From an uncultured Bacillota bacterium (GTDB lineage Bacteria; Sysuimicrobiota; Sysuimicrobiia; Sysuimicrobiales; Segetimicrobiaceae): a stretch of 64,000 nt of DNA. This document shows positions 22,994 through 33,582 of this stretch, one piece after another (position 1 is the stretch's first letter; every line of letters starts with the position of its first letter). The notes under the pieces were generated by a model. It was not told where the DNA came from and ran no database searches. It saw only the letters and a program-made list of their open reading frames with translations. Location of the stretch: positions 32,001 through 96,000 of the forward strand of contig CAWDRG010000006.1 in assembly GCA_963804645.1 (NCBI GenBank), read 5' to 3'. The translations under genes and the position numbers were made by a program.

Positions 22994-24107
22994 TTATGTC
23001 AGAAGCTTCTCGAGCGGAACGTAGTCCAGGTGGTGGGCGTTCGCGACCGCCGCGTAGGTAACCTGGCCGTCTGCGGTGTTGACGCCCCGACCGAGAGCGG
23101 GATCGTCTATCGCCGCGCGGCGCCAGCCCTTCGCGGCCAACTCGAGCGCATAGCCAATCGTGACGTTTGTGAGGGCGAACGTCGACGTGCACGGAAGGGC
23201 GCCGGGCATGTTGGTCACGCCGTAATGCAGGACGCCGAACTTCACGACGATCGGATGCGTGTGCGTCGTCGGTTCCGTCGTCTCGATACACCCGTCCTGG
23301 TCCACCGCGACGTCGACGATGACGGACCCGGGCTTCATGGTCCGGACCATCGCTTCCGATACAAGGCGTGGGGCCCGCGCGCCGCGGATCAGGACGGCTC
23401 CGATCAGAAGATCCGCGTACGTGAGGGCCTGCTCGAGGGTCACGGGGTTGCTCATGATCGCCATTGCCCGCCCGTGCAGCACGTCGTCGAGATACGCCAT
23501 CCGACGAGGGCTTTTCTCCAGCACCACGACCTGCGCGCCCATGCCGGTCGCGACCTTCGCGGCGTGGGTGCCCACGACCCCGCCGCCGATGATCACGAAG
23601 TTGGCGGGTGCCACGCCGGTGACCCCGCCGAGCAGCGTCCCTTTGCCGCCGGCCGTCTTCTTCAAGTAGAACGCTCCCTCTTGCACCGCCATGCGGCCAG
23701 CGACCTCGCTCATCGGGGTCAGCAGGGGTAGTTCTCCATCCGGGAGCTGGACAGTCTCATACCCGATGCCGATCGTGCGGCTTCGCAGTAGCGCCCGCGT
23801 CAGCTCCGGTTCCGCGGCGAGGTGCAGATAGGTAAAGAGGATCAGCCCCGGTCGCAGATACGGGTACTCGCTCGCAAGCGGTTCCTTCACTTTCAGCACC
23901 ATCTCCGCATCCCAGGCGTCGGACGCGCCAGGGACGATCCGGGCTCCTCGCCGCTCGAACGTCGCGATCGGCGGTTCCGCTCTCTTCACCAGCGGTACTC
24001 TGGACGAGGACCGTATGACCCGCGGCTACAAGTTCGTGCACGCCCGCGAGCATGATGCCGACGCGACCCTCCTGGTCCTTGACCTCTTTGGGAACCCCGA
24101 CGCGCAT
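22994..24107 (-). pseudogene. ald: Alanine dehydrogenase, frameshifted near 23966 (pseudogene or sequencing error)
   Basis: N-terminus MRVGVPKEVKDQEGRVG in one frame; KVKEP, PMSEVAGR, GGGVVG in another; removing one base restores SGTADATFERRGA. Confidence 0.85.
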
Positions 24108-24131
24108 CCTCAGTCCTCGGTGCCCGCCGTG

Positions 24132-25502
24132 CTACGCGGCTCCGCCGATCCGCTCGAAGAATCGCATGACGGCGATCGTGCCCTTGTGGAAATGCTCGAG
24201 ATCCAGCTTTTCGTTGGGGCTGTGCGCGTTGGCATCGGGCGTCGACCAGCCGGTGATGACGGTCGGCAGTTTGACGCGCTCGATGAACGCCGAGACGATG
24301 GGGATGGACCCGCCCGTGCGGATGAAGACGGCCTCGTGACCGAACGCGTCCGCGAGCGCGGCCCGCGCCGCGGTGATCGCCGGCAGCGTGTGCGGCACCA
24401 CGACGGGCATCGCGCCGCGCGAGACGCGCACATTGACCTGTGTGCCGCGCGGGGTCAGCGAGCGGACGTGCGCTTCGAACAGGCGCCCGATCTCGGCGGG
24501 ATCTTGGTTCGCCACCAGGCGCATGCTGATCTTCGCCGAGGCGCGCGATGGGATCACGGTCTTCGATCCGGCCCCGATGAACCCGCCGGGCATGCCGTGG
24601 ATCTCAAACGTCGGGCGCGCCCAATTGCGCTCGAACACGCTGAATCCCGGCTCTCCCGTCAGCGCCGTCGAGCCGACTTCGTCTCGGAGGAACTCGGCTT
24701 CGTCGAACGGCAGCTTTGCCCACGCGTCCGTTTCGGCTTTCGGCGGCGGGACGACGCGATCGTAGAAGTGCGGGATCAGGATGCGTCCATCGGCATTCTT
24801 CAGGCCGGTAATGATCTCGGCCAGGGCCATGAACGGGTTCGGCGCGACGCCGCCATAGCCGCCCGAGTGGAGGTCGCGCGAGGGGCCGATGACTTCGATC
24901 TCCCCGCCGACGATCCCTCGGAGCCCCAGCGTGACTGCGGGAATCCCTGGGGCGTAGACGCCGGAGTCCAGGACGAGCGCCGCGTCCGCCCGCAGGCGGT
25001 CTCCGTTCGACTGGACATAGGCCGCGATCCCCTCGCCGCCGGACTCTTCCTCCCCCTCGATGATCAGCTTCACATTGACGGGAAGCTTCGTCCCCGTCTT
25101 CAGATAGGCGCGGACCGCGGCAGCCAGCGTGAACATCTGGCCCTTGTCGTCCGCGGCGCCGCGGGCATAGAGGCCGCCGTTGCGCACGGTCGGCTCGAAC
25201 GGCGGGGTTGTCCACAGGTCGAGCGGATCGGCGGGCTGCACGTCGTAGTGACCGTACCCGAGGACGGTGGGCCGACCGGGTGCGCCCATCCACTCGGCAT
25301 ACACGAGCGGGTGCCGCGCCACGGGGATGACCTCGACGGTCATTCCGATCTCCTTGAGGTGGTTGGCCACCCACTGGGCGGCGTGCTTGGTGTCTTCGCG
25401 ATGCGCCGGGAGGGTGCCGATGCTGGGGATGCGGAGGAGGTCGGACAGCTCCTGCTCGAACTGCGAGCGGTGTGCCTGGGCGTATTCAACCGGGGTCGGC
25501 AT
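24132..25502 (-). CDS. M20 family dipeptidase
   Basis: YGHYDVQP, ARGAADDKGQ, EGEEESG, DLHSG, HSPNEK; AGGAGG RBS. Confidence 0.92.
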   Translation of the reverse strand: MPTPVEYAQAHRSQFEQELSDLLRIPSIGTLPAHREDTKHAAQWVANHLKEIGMTVEVIPVARHPLVYAEWMGAPGRPTVLGYGHYDVQPADPLDLWTTPPFEPTVRNGGLYARGAADDKGQMFTLAAAVRAYLKTGTKLPVNVKLIIEGEEESGGEGIAAYVQSNGDRLRADAALVLDSGVYAPGIPAVTLGLRGIVGGEIEVIGPSRDLHSGGYGGVAPNPFMALAEIITGLKNADGRILIPHFYDRVVPPPKAETDAWAKLPFDEAEFLRDEVGSTALTGEPGFSVFERNWARPTFEIHGMPGGFIGAGSKTVIPSRASAKISMRLVANQDPAEIGRLFEAHVRSLTPRGTQVNVRVSRGAMPVVVPHTLPAITAARAALADAFGHEAVFIRTGGSIPIVSAFIERVKLPTVITGWSTPDANAHSPNEKLDLEHFHKGTIAVMRFFERIGGAA

Positions 25503-25589
25503 GGACAACCTCCTGATGGGACGATGCGACGGGAGGGTTCTCGGCGGTCCGGGCGGCTCCTGCTGTGCGCGTGACGGGGCATCGGCGCA

Positions 25590-25598
25590 TGCTATAAT
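25590..25598 (+). promoter_or_regulatory. Extended -10 promoter of tRNA-Met/tilS
   Basis: TGCTATAAT 10 nt before the tRNA. Confidence 0.7.
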
Positions 25599-25608
25599 GA
25601 ACGGCGTT

Positions 25609-25685
25609 GGCGGCGTAGCTCAGGTGGTCAGAGCACGCGGTTCATACCCGCGGTGTCGGGGGTTCGAGGCCCTCCGCCGCCACCA
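25609..25685 (+). tRNA. tRNA-Met(CAT), elongator type
   Basis: Acceptor GGCGGCG/CGCCGCC, anticodon arm CGCGG-TTCATAC-CCGCG, GGTTCGA, encoded CCA. Confidence 0.93.
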
Positions 25686-25812
25686 TTTCTCACCGGCCTA
25701 CCACAGACCATCCCGCTCGTGGCACGCATGTCGCGACCTCGGATCGTAGGGTGCACACGCCGAGCATCGTAGGTCGTAGGAACGGCCCGCCAGCCCGCCG
25801 AAGTGGCCGCGC

Positions 25813-26850
25813 GTGAAGGGGCCGGCCACGTTCGTGGCGCGCGCGCGTGACACAATCCGTCGGCACCGGATGCTGGCCGCCGGCGATGTCGTCGTGGCCG
25901 CGGTCTCCGGCGGCGCCGACTCTACGGCCCTGCTCCAGCTGCTCGCCGCGCTTCGCGAGGAACTGCGCCTCAAGATCCACGTCGCGCATTTCAATCATCT
26001 GCTCCGGGAGGATGCCGACGTCGACGCGGCCTTTGTCGCGGATATGGCCCGCGCGCTCGGCTTGACGTTCCATCAAGGAAGCGGGGATCCCCGGGCTCAC
26101 GTGGGGGCCGGCCGGTCGCTGGAGGACGCCGCGCGCCGCTTGCGCTACGCGTTCTTGACCGCGGTCGCGCGCGCCGAGGGGGCCCACGCGATCGCGACCG
26201 GCCACACGCTCGACGATCAGGCGGAGACGGTCCTGATGCGGCTGCTACGCGGCGCCGGCCCGTGGGGGCTGTCGGGGATCCCGCCCGTGCGCACGCACGC
26301 GGGCCTGCGGCTGATCCGCCCGCTGCTGGAGGTGCCGCGTACGGAGGTGGAGGCGTCGCTGCGCGCCGCGGGCCTCTCGTGGCGCGAGGACGCGACGAAC
26401 CGCGATCACGCGATGCTGCGCAATCGCGTGCGCGGCGTCCTCCTTCCAAGCCTGGCGGGGTATAATCCGCATGTCCGCCGGACGCTTGCGCGGCTCGCCG
26501 AGGTAATGCGAGACGAAACGCTGGCGCTGGATGTCCTGGCCGCGCGGCGCGTTAATGCGGTGCTGTCCGGTCGGGGTGCGACGGTGCGCATCGCCCTCGA
26601 GCCGTTTGCGCGGCTGCCGGCGGCGCTGCAGCGCCGCGCGCTGCGCGAGGCCGTGCGCCGCTGCCGCGGGAACATCGAGGGTGTGGGGTTCGTTCACTTA
26701 GAAGGAGCGAGGCGGATTGCGCTCGAGGGCCGCCCCGGGGCGATCGCGGAGCTGCCGGGCGGGCTGCGGGCCGTGCGGGTCGGACGGGCCCTCGAGGTGC
26801 GGGGCGGGCCGCGTGTTCAGAGACGACGCACGGCCGCGCGTGGACGTTAA
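25813..26850 (+). CDS. tilS: tRNA(Ile)-lysidine synthetase
   Basis: AVSGGADS PP-loop, ARRLRY, GHTLDDQAET, RNRVR. Confidence 0.95.
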   Translation: MKGPATFVARARDTIRRHRMLAAGDVVVAAVSGGADSTALLQLLAALREELRLKIHVAHFNHLLREDADVDAAFVADMARALGLTFHQGSGDPRAHVGAGRSLEDAARRLRYAFLTAVARAEGAHAIATGHTLDDQAETVLMRLLRGAGPWGLSGIPPVRTHAGLRLIRPLLEVPRTEVEASLRAAGLSWREDATNRDHAMLRNRVRGVLLPSLAGYNPHVRRTLARLAEVMRDETLALDVLAARRVNAVLSGRGATVRIALEPFARLPAALQRRALREAVRRCRGNIEGVGFVHLEGARRIALEGRPGAIAELPGGLRAVRVGRALEVRGGPRVQRRRTAARGR

Positions 26851-27151
26851 TGTAGGGGGCGCATCTACCCGGCGCTCCATCCCGAGATGGATGACGGCCA
26901 CGGGCCGCGCCCCGAAGATAGTCGTACATGGCCGCGTTGATGCGTGCCGGAGGAATGGATCGTGCGACGAACCGTGGCCAAAATAGGAGAGCGTCGGAAG
27001 CCGGAGCACGGCGCGGGCGTGCGCCGCGCCGCTGCGGGGAACGAGGTAGGCGCGCGAATGCGTATGTGCTATAATTCCGAAGTGCATTCGCCCCACTCGG
27101 CCCCCTGGCGCTCCGGACCCAGCGGTTGGTGCTTGCGAGGAGGTTCCCGGA

Positions 27152-29068
27152 GTGTTCAATAAGCATCTACGCACCTTTTTGATCTGGGCCATGATCCTGG
27201 TGGTAGTGGTGTATGTTGTGCTGCCGTATTACCACCAGCGGTCCCCGCGCGAGGAGATCTCCTACAGCGACTTCCTCGACAAGGCGCGCAACGGCGACAT
27301 CCTGTCGGTTACGGTCGGCAGCGAGGACGTGTCGGGACAGCTGCGGAGCGGTCAGGAGTTTCGCGCGTACGTGCCTGCGGGCGACACGTCCTACATCGGC
27401 ATTCTCGAGGCGAAGCACGTCACCATCACGGCGGAACCGCAGTCGCGGTCCGCGCTGTGGCCGACGATTCTGACGACCGCGCTGCCGCTCCTGCTGATCG
27501 TCGTCTTTTGGATGTTGGTGATGCGCCAAGCGCAGTCCGGGTCGAACCAGGCGATGTCGTTCGGCAAGAGCCGGGCGCGACTGCATACCGAGCCGAAGAC
27601 GAAGGTCACATTCGAGGACGTCGCCGGCGTCGAGGAGGCGAAAGAGGAGCTCGAGGAGATCATCGAGTTTCTTCGCCATCCCAAGAAATTCCAGGCGCTC
27701 GGGGCCAAGATCCCCCGGGGCGCGCTGCTGGTCGGTCCCCCGGGCAGCGGCAAGACGCTGCTCGCCAAGGCGATCGCCGGCGAGGCGGGCGTGCCGTTCT
27801 TCTCGATCTCGGGCAGCGAGTTCGTCGAGATGTTCGTCGGCGTGGGCGCGAGCCGGGTCCGGGACCTGTTCGACCAGGCCAAGAAGTCGGCGCCGTGCCT
27901 CGTCTTCATCGACGAGATCGACGCGGTGGGCCGCCAGCGGGGCGCCGGGCTCGGCGGCGGGCACGACGAACGTGAGCAGACGCTGAACCAGCTGCTGGTC
28001 GAGATGGATGGGTTCGATCCCAACTCCGGCATCATCGTGATCGCCGCGACCAACCGGCCGGACATTCTGGACCCGGCCCTGCTGCGTCCGGGGCGCTTCG
28101 ACCGCCGGATCGTCGTCGACAATCCCGACGCGAAGGGGCGGCGCGCCATTCTGGACGTGCACGTGCGCGGCAAGCCGATCGCCGAGGACGTGAACTTGGA
28201 CATCCTCGCGCGGCGGACGCCGGGGTTCAGCGGCGCGGATCTCGCGAACATGGTGAACGAGGCCGCGCTCCTGACGGCTCGACGGGGCAAGAAGCGCCTC
28301 GGCCGGTCCGAGTTCGACGAGGCGATCGAGCGGGTGATCGCGGGGCCGCAGCGCAAGAGCCGGATCCTCGGGGCGAAGGAGCGCGAGCTCACGGCGTACC
28401 ACGAGGGCGGGCACGCGCTGCTCGGCAAGCTGCTGCCGCACGCGTATCCGCCGCACAAGGTGACGATCCTGCCGCGCGGCATGGCGCTCGGGTACGTGCT
28501 GCCGCTGCCGCAGGAAGAGAAGTACACGCTGACCCGGGGCGAGATCCTCGCGAACATCACGGCGATGCTCGGCGGCCGGGTGTCGGAGGAGATCACGTTC
28601 GGGGAGATCACCACCGGCGCAGCCAACGACTTCGAGAAGGCGACCGATCTGGCACGGAAGATGGTGACCGAGTTCGGGATGTCCGACAAGCTGGGCCCCC
28701 TGACGCTGGGGAGCAAGCACGGGCCAGTGTTCCTCGGTCGGGATCTCGTCGAGAGCCGGAACTACTCGGACGAGATCGCCTACGAGATCGACAAAGAGGT
28801 CCGGCGGATCATCGACGAGTGCTACGGCCGCGCCAGGCAGGTTTTGGTCGAGCACAAAGAGCTGCTGGCGCGGATCGCGAACGCGCTGCTCGAGCGGGAG
28901 TCGCTCGACGGTGACGATCTCGATCTGCTGATCGCGGGGCAGCCGCTGCCGCCGGATGTGGTCGTCGCTCCGGCGCCCGCACAGCCCGCGCCGACCCAGG
29001 ACGTCACGACGTTCCCGCGGCCGGACACGACGCCCTCACCGGCCTTGTCGCCCAAGGTGACCGGCTGA
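27152..29068 (+). CDS. ftsH: ATP-dependent zinc metalloprotease FtsH
   Basis: Two TM segments, [28 protein letters not shown] at 27067-27075. Confidence 0.98.
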   Translation: MFNKHLRTFLIWAMILVVVVYVVLPYYHQRSPREEISYSDFLDKARNGDILSVTVGSEDVSGQLRSGQEFRAYVPAGDTSYIGILEAKHVTITAEPQSRSALWPTILTTALPLLLIVVFWMLVMRQAQSGSNQAMSFGKSRARLHTEPKTKVTFEDVAGVEEAKEELEEIIEFLRHPKKFQALGAKIPRGALLVGPPGSGKTLLAKAIAGEAGVPFFSISGSEFVEMFVGVGASRVRDLFDQAKKSAPCLVFIDEIDAVGRQRGAGLGGGHDEREQTLNQLLVEMDGFDPNSGIIVIAATNRPDILDPALLRPGRFDRRIVVDNPDAKGRRAILDVHVRGKPIAEDVNLDILARRTPGFSGADLANMVNEAALLTARRGKKRLGRSEFDEAIERVIAGPQRKSRILGAKERELTAYHEGGHALLGKLLPHAYPPHKVTILPRGMALGYVLPLPQEEKYTLTRGEILANITAMLGGRVSEEITFGEITTGAANDFEKATDLARKMVTEFGMSDKLGPLTLGSKHGPVFLGRDLVESRNYSDEIAYEIDKEVRRIIDECYGRARQVLVEHKELLARIANALLERESLDGDDLDLLIAGQPLPPDVVVAPAPAQPAPTQDVTTFPRPDTTPSPALSPKVTG

Positions 29069-29265
29069 CCAGCGTCGCGGTACAAGCGCGGCACGTTGCG
29101 TAACCGGCCGAGGGGGGAGCAGACGCTCCTCCCTCGGCGGCACGTTCGGGGGATGCACGGCGCGCATGCGCGTGAGACGGCGGCGCGGCCGGGTGTTCGG
29201 GCCCGGGACGGTGCTATAATGGTGCAGCTCAGGCGGTCCGCCGCCCGCAGCGCAGGAGGACCGGA

Positions 29266-29845
29266 GTGCTGAAGATCGGCAGATTTGAGTTCGGGAAGTC
29301 CGCCGCGCCGTCGACGTCTGGTCCGGGGCACCGTCACCGGCCGCGGAAGACCGCGCGGCTCCTGAGAGACGCAGGGACGGACGATCCCGTGGGGGCACGC
29401 CGCGATCTACGCGGGGGTGGTGCTCGCGATCGCCGTCGCGGTCGGGCTGTGGCAGCATTCGTATGACGTCCAGCAGGCCGCGCTCGACGCGCCGCTCCCG
29501 CCGCCGACGCCGCAGGTGGCCGCGCAGCGGCTCGTGGAGTTGGGCGTGGTCGGACCGGGCAACGTCAGCAACGTCACGTGGGACCCAAAGACCGCCGCGC
29601 TCGAGATGACCGTACGGGACGTGCTGATCAAGCCGGGCCAGTCAGTCGCCGAGCAGCGGAAGAACGTGCAGGCCGAGGGGGATCTCGCCGTGCACGCGAT
29701 CCAGGGTGGATTTGCCGGCAGCAAGCTTGCGCCGCCCAAGGCGATCACGATCCATCTGACCCGCGGCACGAGCCCAGTCGCCACCACGTCGGTGGCGGCG
29801 GGGCAGACCGCGCCGACGACGGTGTTCGCCGGGGCCCTCCGATAG
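29266..29845 (+). CDS. Single-pass membrane protein, apparently frameshifted near 29365-29369
   Basis: TGCTATAAT at 29212-29220 and GGAGGA RBS lead into GTG 29266; TM segment and ectodomain lie in the +1 frame just after a TGA at 29363. Confidence 0.55.
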
Positions 29846-29862
29846 ACGCGCGGCGGTTCGGG

Positions 29863-29902
29863 CACGACGAAGGCCCGCCTGCGCAGGCGGGCCTTCGTCG
29901 TG
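29863..29902. terminator. Perfect 40-bp palindrome between convergent genes
   Basis: CACGACGAAGGCCCGCCTGC directly followed by its reverse complement. Confidence 0.75.
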
Positions 29903-29924
29903 GATCCGCGCTCCCCGAGCAGCC

Positions 29925-30641
29925 CTAGAAGGCGTAGACCGCGCGCACGCTGGCCGTGACCGACACCATACCCGGGAGCACCGGCGTCTCGACGCTCTGC
30001 GCCGCGGCAAAGGCGAGGCGCGGGGTCGGGGACGCCTCGCTGAGGACTTCCAGCCGCACGAGGCGCAGCGGGCCGACGCCCGCGGCCTGGGCGAGGATCG
30101 TGGCCGTGTCCTTCGCGTTCTGCACCGCGAGCCGCAGGGCGCGCGTCTGATCGGCCTTCGCGTCGCGGAGCCCGAAAGAGATGCCCGCCACCTCGTTCGC
30201 GCCCGCGCCGACGCCGGCGTCGATCACGCGGCCAGTGAGCCGCAGGTCGTTCACGGTCACGACGATCCGGTTCGTCGCGGTGTAGCCGGTGATTTGGCCG
30301 TTCCCCGGGCCGGGCCGCCGCTGCGGGTTGAGCTCGACGCCGGTCGTGCGCATCTGGTCGGCCGGAATGCCGACCGCCGCGATCTGCCGGATGATCTCCG
30401 TCATCGTAGCACTGTTCGCGTTCTGCGCGTCCTGCGCCGTGGTCTTGGTCGTTTCCACCCCGAGCGTGACGGAGGCCTGGTCCGGCGTGTCGTCGACGGA
30501 CCCCTGGCCGGCGACGACGATCGTGTGCGCGGCGTTCGCGGCGCCGGTCGACAGCGTCTCCTGGGCGTTGGACCACACGGGCATCGCCGTGATGGCCGCC
30601 GCCACCGCGAGCATGACCAGGATCCTCGTGTTCGTTCGCAT
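29925..30641 (-). CDS. SIMPL (DUF541) domain secreted protein
   Basis: Signal peptide; GQGSVDDTPDQASVTLGV, ITGYTATN, GAGANEVAGISF. Confidence 0.9.
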   Translation of the reverse strand: MRTNTRILVMLAVAAAITAMPVWSNAQETLSTGAANAAHTIVVAGQGSVDDTPDQASVTLGVETTKTTAQDAQNANSATMTEIIRQIAAVGIPADQMRTTGVELNPQRRPGPGNGQITGYTATNRIVVTVNDLRLTGRVIDAGVGAGANEVAGISFGLRDAKADQTRALRLAVQNAKDTATILAQAAGVGPLRLVRLEVLSEASPTPRLAFAAAQSVETPVLPGMVSVTASVRAVYAF

Positions 30642-30810
30642 CGATGTCCCCCCTCGGCGCGCCCGTGACTGTGCAGCCGTCCGGCGCCCGTTTCCCTGTT
30701 TCCAAACGCCGCCGGGGCGCGAATGGTTCCACGGCAGGGAAGGGTCGGCACCGGGACGAAACATCTGTCGGTTCGGCGGTCCGCAAGGCGGATCAGCCCC
30801 GGGAGGGTGC

Positions 30811-31170
30811 ATGTTCGCGCTCAACTTCTACTCCTCCCTGTTCGCGCACGCGCTGCGCGACGGGAGCAAGACGCTCACGATCCGGCTCGGCGACAAGCGG
30901 GACAAGTATCAGGCGGGCCAGCTGGTCTGGGTGACCGTCGGGCAGCGCTTCGGAACGCGGCAGCGGATCTTCACCGCGGTGATCGATCGGGTGGAGACGA
31001 AATCGGTCCGCGAGGTGTCCCCGCGGGAGATGGAGCGCGACAACGCGGCCGTGCGCGACCACGACAGCCTGATCGAGTTCCTCTCGAAGATCTACAGCCG
31101 GATGATCATCCCCGAGGACGTCGTCACCGTGATTCACTTCTCGCACGTCACCGACGCGCGCGACGACTGA
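30811..31170 (+). CDS. ASCH/PUA-like domain protein
   Basis: LRDGSKTLTIRLG (GxKxxTxR-type motif); GGGAGG RBS. Confidence 0.75.
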   Translation: MFALNFYSSLFAHALRDGSKTLTIRLGDKRDKYQAGQLVWVTVGQRFGTRQRIFTAVIDRVETKSVREVSPREMERDNAAVRDHDSLIEFLSKIYSRMIIPEDVVTVIHFSHVTDARDD

Positions 31171-32039
31171 CTGAGCCGCGGCTCTCGCTGCGCACGCCCC
31201 CGCCGCCGCTTCGCGTCGGACCCACGGTCCTTGAGTTCGGCCGCCGGACGTACGTGTGCGGCATCATCAACATGACGCCCGATTCGTTCGCCGGGGACGG
31301 CCTCGCCGGCGACGCCGGCGCCGCGGAGGCGCGGGGGCACGCGTGGCGCGCCGAGGGCGCGGACCTGCTCGACGTCGGCGGGCGCTCGACGCGGCCCGGG
31401 GCGCCGCCCGTGGACGTCGCGGAAGAGCTGCGTCGCACGATTCCCGCGATCCGCCGCCTCGCGTCGGTCGGGCTGCCCCTGAGCGTCGACACCTCGTCCG
31501 CCGAGGTCGCGCAGGCGGCGCTGGACGCCGGGGCCGCGATGATCAACGATGTGACCGCGCTGCGCGGGGATCCCGCGATGGGCGCTGTCGTCGCGCGCGC
31601 GGGCGTCCCGGTCGTGCTAATGGACGGGGACGACCGGACCGGCGTGCCGGATCCGGTGTCGGAGACAGTCCGGTTTCTCCGCGAGCGGATCGGCGCGGCC
31701 GCCGCGTGCGGGATCGACACGCGCCGCATCATCGTCGACCCGGGCTACGGGTTTGGGCTCGCCCTCTGGCAGAACATGGCGCTGCTCCGCCGTCTCGGCG
31801 AGCTGGGCGCGCTCGGCCGTCCCATCCTGGTCGGCACCTCGCGCAAAGGGAGCATCGGGAGAGTGTTGAACCTACCGGTCCATGATCGGGTGGAAGGGAC
31901 CGCGGCCACGGTCGCCGTGGCGATCGCGCACGGCGCCGACATCATCCGGGCGCACGACGTGCGTGCGATGGTGCGGGTCGCCCGCATGACCGACGCGATC
32001 GTGCGCGGCCGTGACGCGGCGCCCGGGGGCCCGGCGTGA
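31167..32039 (+). CDS. folP: Dihydropteroate synthase (start uncertain, possibly CTG)
   Basis: GIINMTPDSF, DVGGRSTRPG, DPGYGFG, GTSRKG, IIRAHDV. Confidence 0.95.
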   Translation: MTEPRLSLRTPPPPLRVGPTVLEFGRRTYVCGIINMTPDSFAGDGLAGDAGAAEARGHAWRAEGADLLDVGGRSTRPGAPPVDVAEELRRTIPAIRRLASVGLPLSVDTSSAEVAQAALDAGAAMINDVTALRGDPAMGAVVARAGVPVVLMDGDDRTGVPDPVSETVRFLRERIGAAAACGIDTRRIIVDPGYGFGLALWQNMALLRRLGELGALGRPILVGTSRKGSIGRVLNLPVHDRVEGTAATVAVAIAHGADIIRAHDVRAMVRVARMTDAIVRGRDAAPGGPA

Positions 32040-32401
32040 GCGACCGCATCGTGCTCGCGGAGATGGCCTTCCACGCCCATCACGGGGTGCTGCCCGACGA
32101 GCAGGAGGCGGGCCAGGTGTTCGTCGTCGACCTCGAGGTCGAGGCGGACCTGCACCGCGCCGGCCACACGGACGACCTCGCCGACACCCTGGACTACCGC
32201 GACCTCTACGCCCGTGTGCGCGAGGCGGTGACCGGCGACCGCTGCCGCCTGCTCGAGGCCGTCGCGGAGGCGGTGGCGCACCGCGTGCTCGAGATCGAGC
32301 GCGTCCAGGCGGTGACCGTTCGGGTGCGCAAGCCGCACGTCCGGCTCGGCGGGCCGCTCGGGCACGCCGCGGTTGAGGTGACACGGCGGCGGCGCGCATG
32401 A
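32036..32401 (+). CDS. folB: Dihydroneopterin aldolase
   Basis: FHAHHGV..EQEAGQ.F.VD, DDLADTLDY, VRVRKP. Confidence 0.95.
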   Translation: MSDRIVLAEMAFHAHHGVLPDEQEAGQVFVVDLEVEADLHRAGHTDDLADTLDYRDLYARVREAVTGDRCRLLEAVAEAVAHRVLEIERVQAVTVRVRKPHVRLGGPLGHAAVEVTRRRRA

Positions 32402-33546
32402 TCGACGCGGGCGGCCTGCGCGCGGCGCTGCGCCGCGCCGCGTGGCTGGAGATCGGCTCGCTGTTCTGGCTCCTCGTCATGGGCGCGGCGGCGGTCGCCG
32501 CGGGGCTCGCGTCGCGCAGCCTGTCGGTGACGGCGTTCGGCGTGGTCGGCCTGATCGAGATGCTGTCCGCCTCGGCCGTGTTGTGGCGGCTTTGGATCGA
32601 GACCCTGGTCGGCTCCGTGTCCGGGACCGCGGAACTCGTCGAGCAGGCCGAGCGGGGCGCGGTACGCTTCATCGCCGTGAGCTTCGGCGCGCTCGCGCTC
32701 CTCGTGGCCGCCGGCGCCGCCCGCGCGGTGGCGGAGCGCGCGGTGCCCGCGCCGGGGCTCGGGGACCTCGCGGTCGCGTGCGCGGCCGCGCTCGTCATGC
32801 CGGGCCTGTGGGCCCTCAAATCGCGCGCGGGGCGCGCGATCGGGAGCGCGGCGCTCGACGCGGACGCCGCCGGCAACCTGGCGTGCGCCGTCATGGCATG
32901 GGTGCTCCTCGCCGGCCTGCTGGCGCAGCGGGCGGGGCTGTGGTGGGCCGATCCCGCGGCGGCGCTCGTGATCGGCGCGCTGGTGGTCCGCGAGGCGTGG
33001 GGCACGTGGCAGTCGCGCTCCTGGGCGCCGCGCGATCCGGTGCGGGCGTTTCTGGGCCTGGGGTCGAACGTCGGCGACCGCGCCTACTGGCTCGCGGACG
33101 CGGCGGCGAAGCTTCAGGGGCCGGCGCTGAGCGTCGTCCGGCGCTCGCGCATCTACGAGACGCCGCCCTGGGGCAAGACCGATCAGCCGGCGTTCCTCAA
33201 CCAGGTCCTCGAGGTTGAGACGACGCTCGCGCCGAGCGCGCTGCTCGCGCGCTGCCAGGCGGTCGAGCGGGCCCTCGGCCGCGTGCGCGCGGAGCGGTGG
33301 GGCCCCCGGGTGATCGACGTGGACATCCTGCTCTACGGCGACGCGGTGATCCGGGCGCGCGGCCTCACGGTGCCGCACCCCGATCTGGACCGGCGCGCGT
33401 TCGTGCTGGTCCCGCTCCTGGAGCTGCGGCCGTCCCTGACGCTCCCGGACGGACGGACCGGGGCGGAGCTCCTGGCCGCGCTGCCGGACCGCACGGCGAT
33501 CGTGCCGTGGGGCGCGGACACGCGGGGCGGCGCCGCGCGGGTCTAG
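32398..33546 (+). CDS. folK: Fusion of a cation-efflux-like membrane domain with HPPK
   Basis: About 200 aa hydrophobic N-part (WADPAAALVI) continuous in frame with AFLGLGSNVG, FLNQV, RWGPRVIDVDIL, RRAFVLVPL. Confidence 0.88.
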   Translation: MIDAGGLRAALRRAAWLEIGSLFWLLVMGAAAVAAGLASRSLSVTAFGVVGLIEMLSASAVLWRLWIETLVGSVSGTAELVEQAERGAVRFIAVSFGALALLVAAGAARAVAERAVPAPGLGDLAVACAAALVMPGLWALKSRAGRAIGSAALDADAAGNLACAVMAWVLLAGLLAQRAGLWWADPAAALVIGALVVREAWGTWQSRSWAPRDPVRAFLGLGSNVGDRAYWLADAAAKLQGPALSVVRRSRIYETPPWGKTDQPAFLNQVLEVETTLAPSALLARCQAVERALGRVRAERWGPRVIDVDILLYGDAVIRARGLTVPHPDLDRRAFVLVPLLELRPSLTLPDGRTGAELLAALPDRTAIVPWGADTRGGAARV

Positions 33547-33582
33547 GATCCGCGCCGCGGGACGGAAGAAGGGAGACGTCGG

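Noticed and set aside
25609..25685. tRNA-CAT beside tilS as the tRNA-Ile2 substrate
   Set aside because: Acceptor stem and TTCATAC loop resemble Firmicute elongator tRNA-Met, which is found in this neighbourhood anyway.
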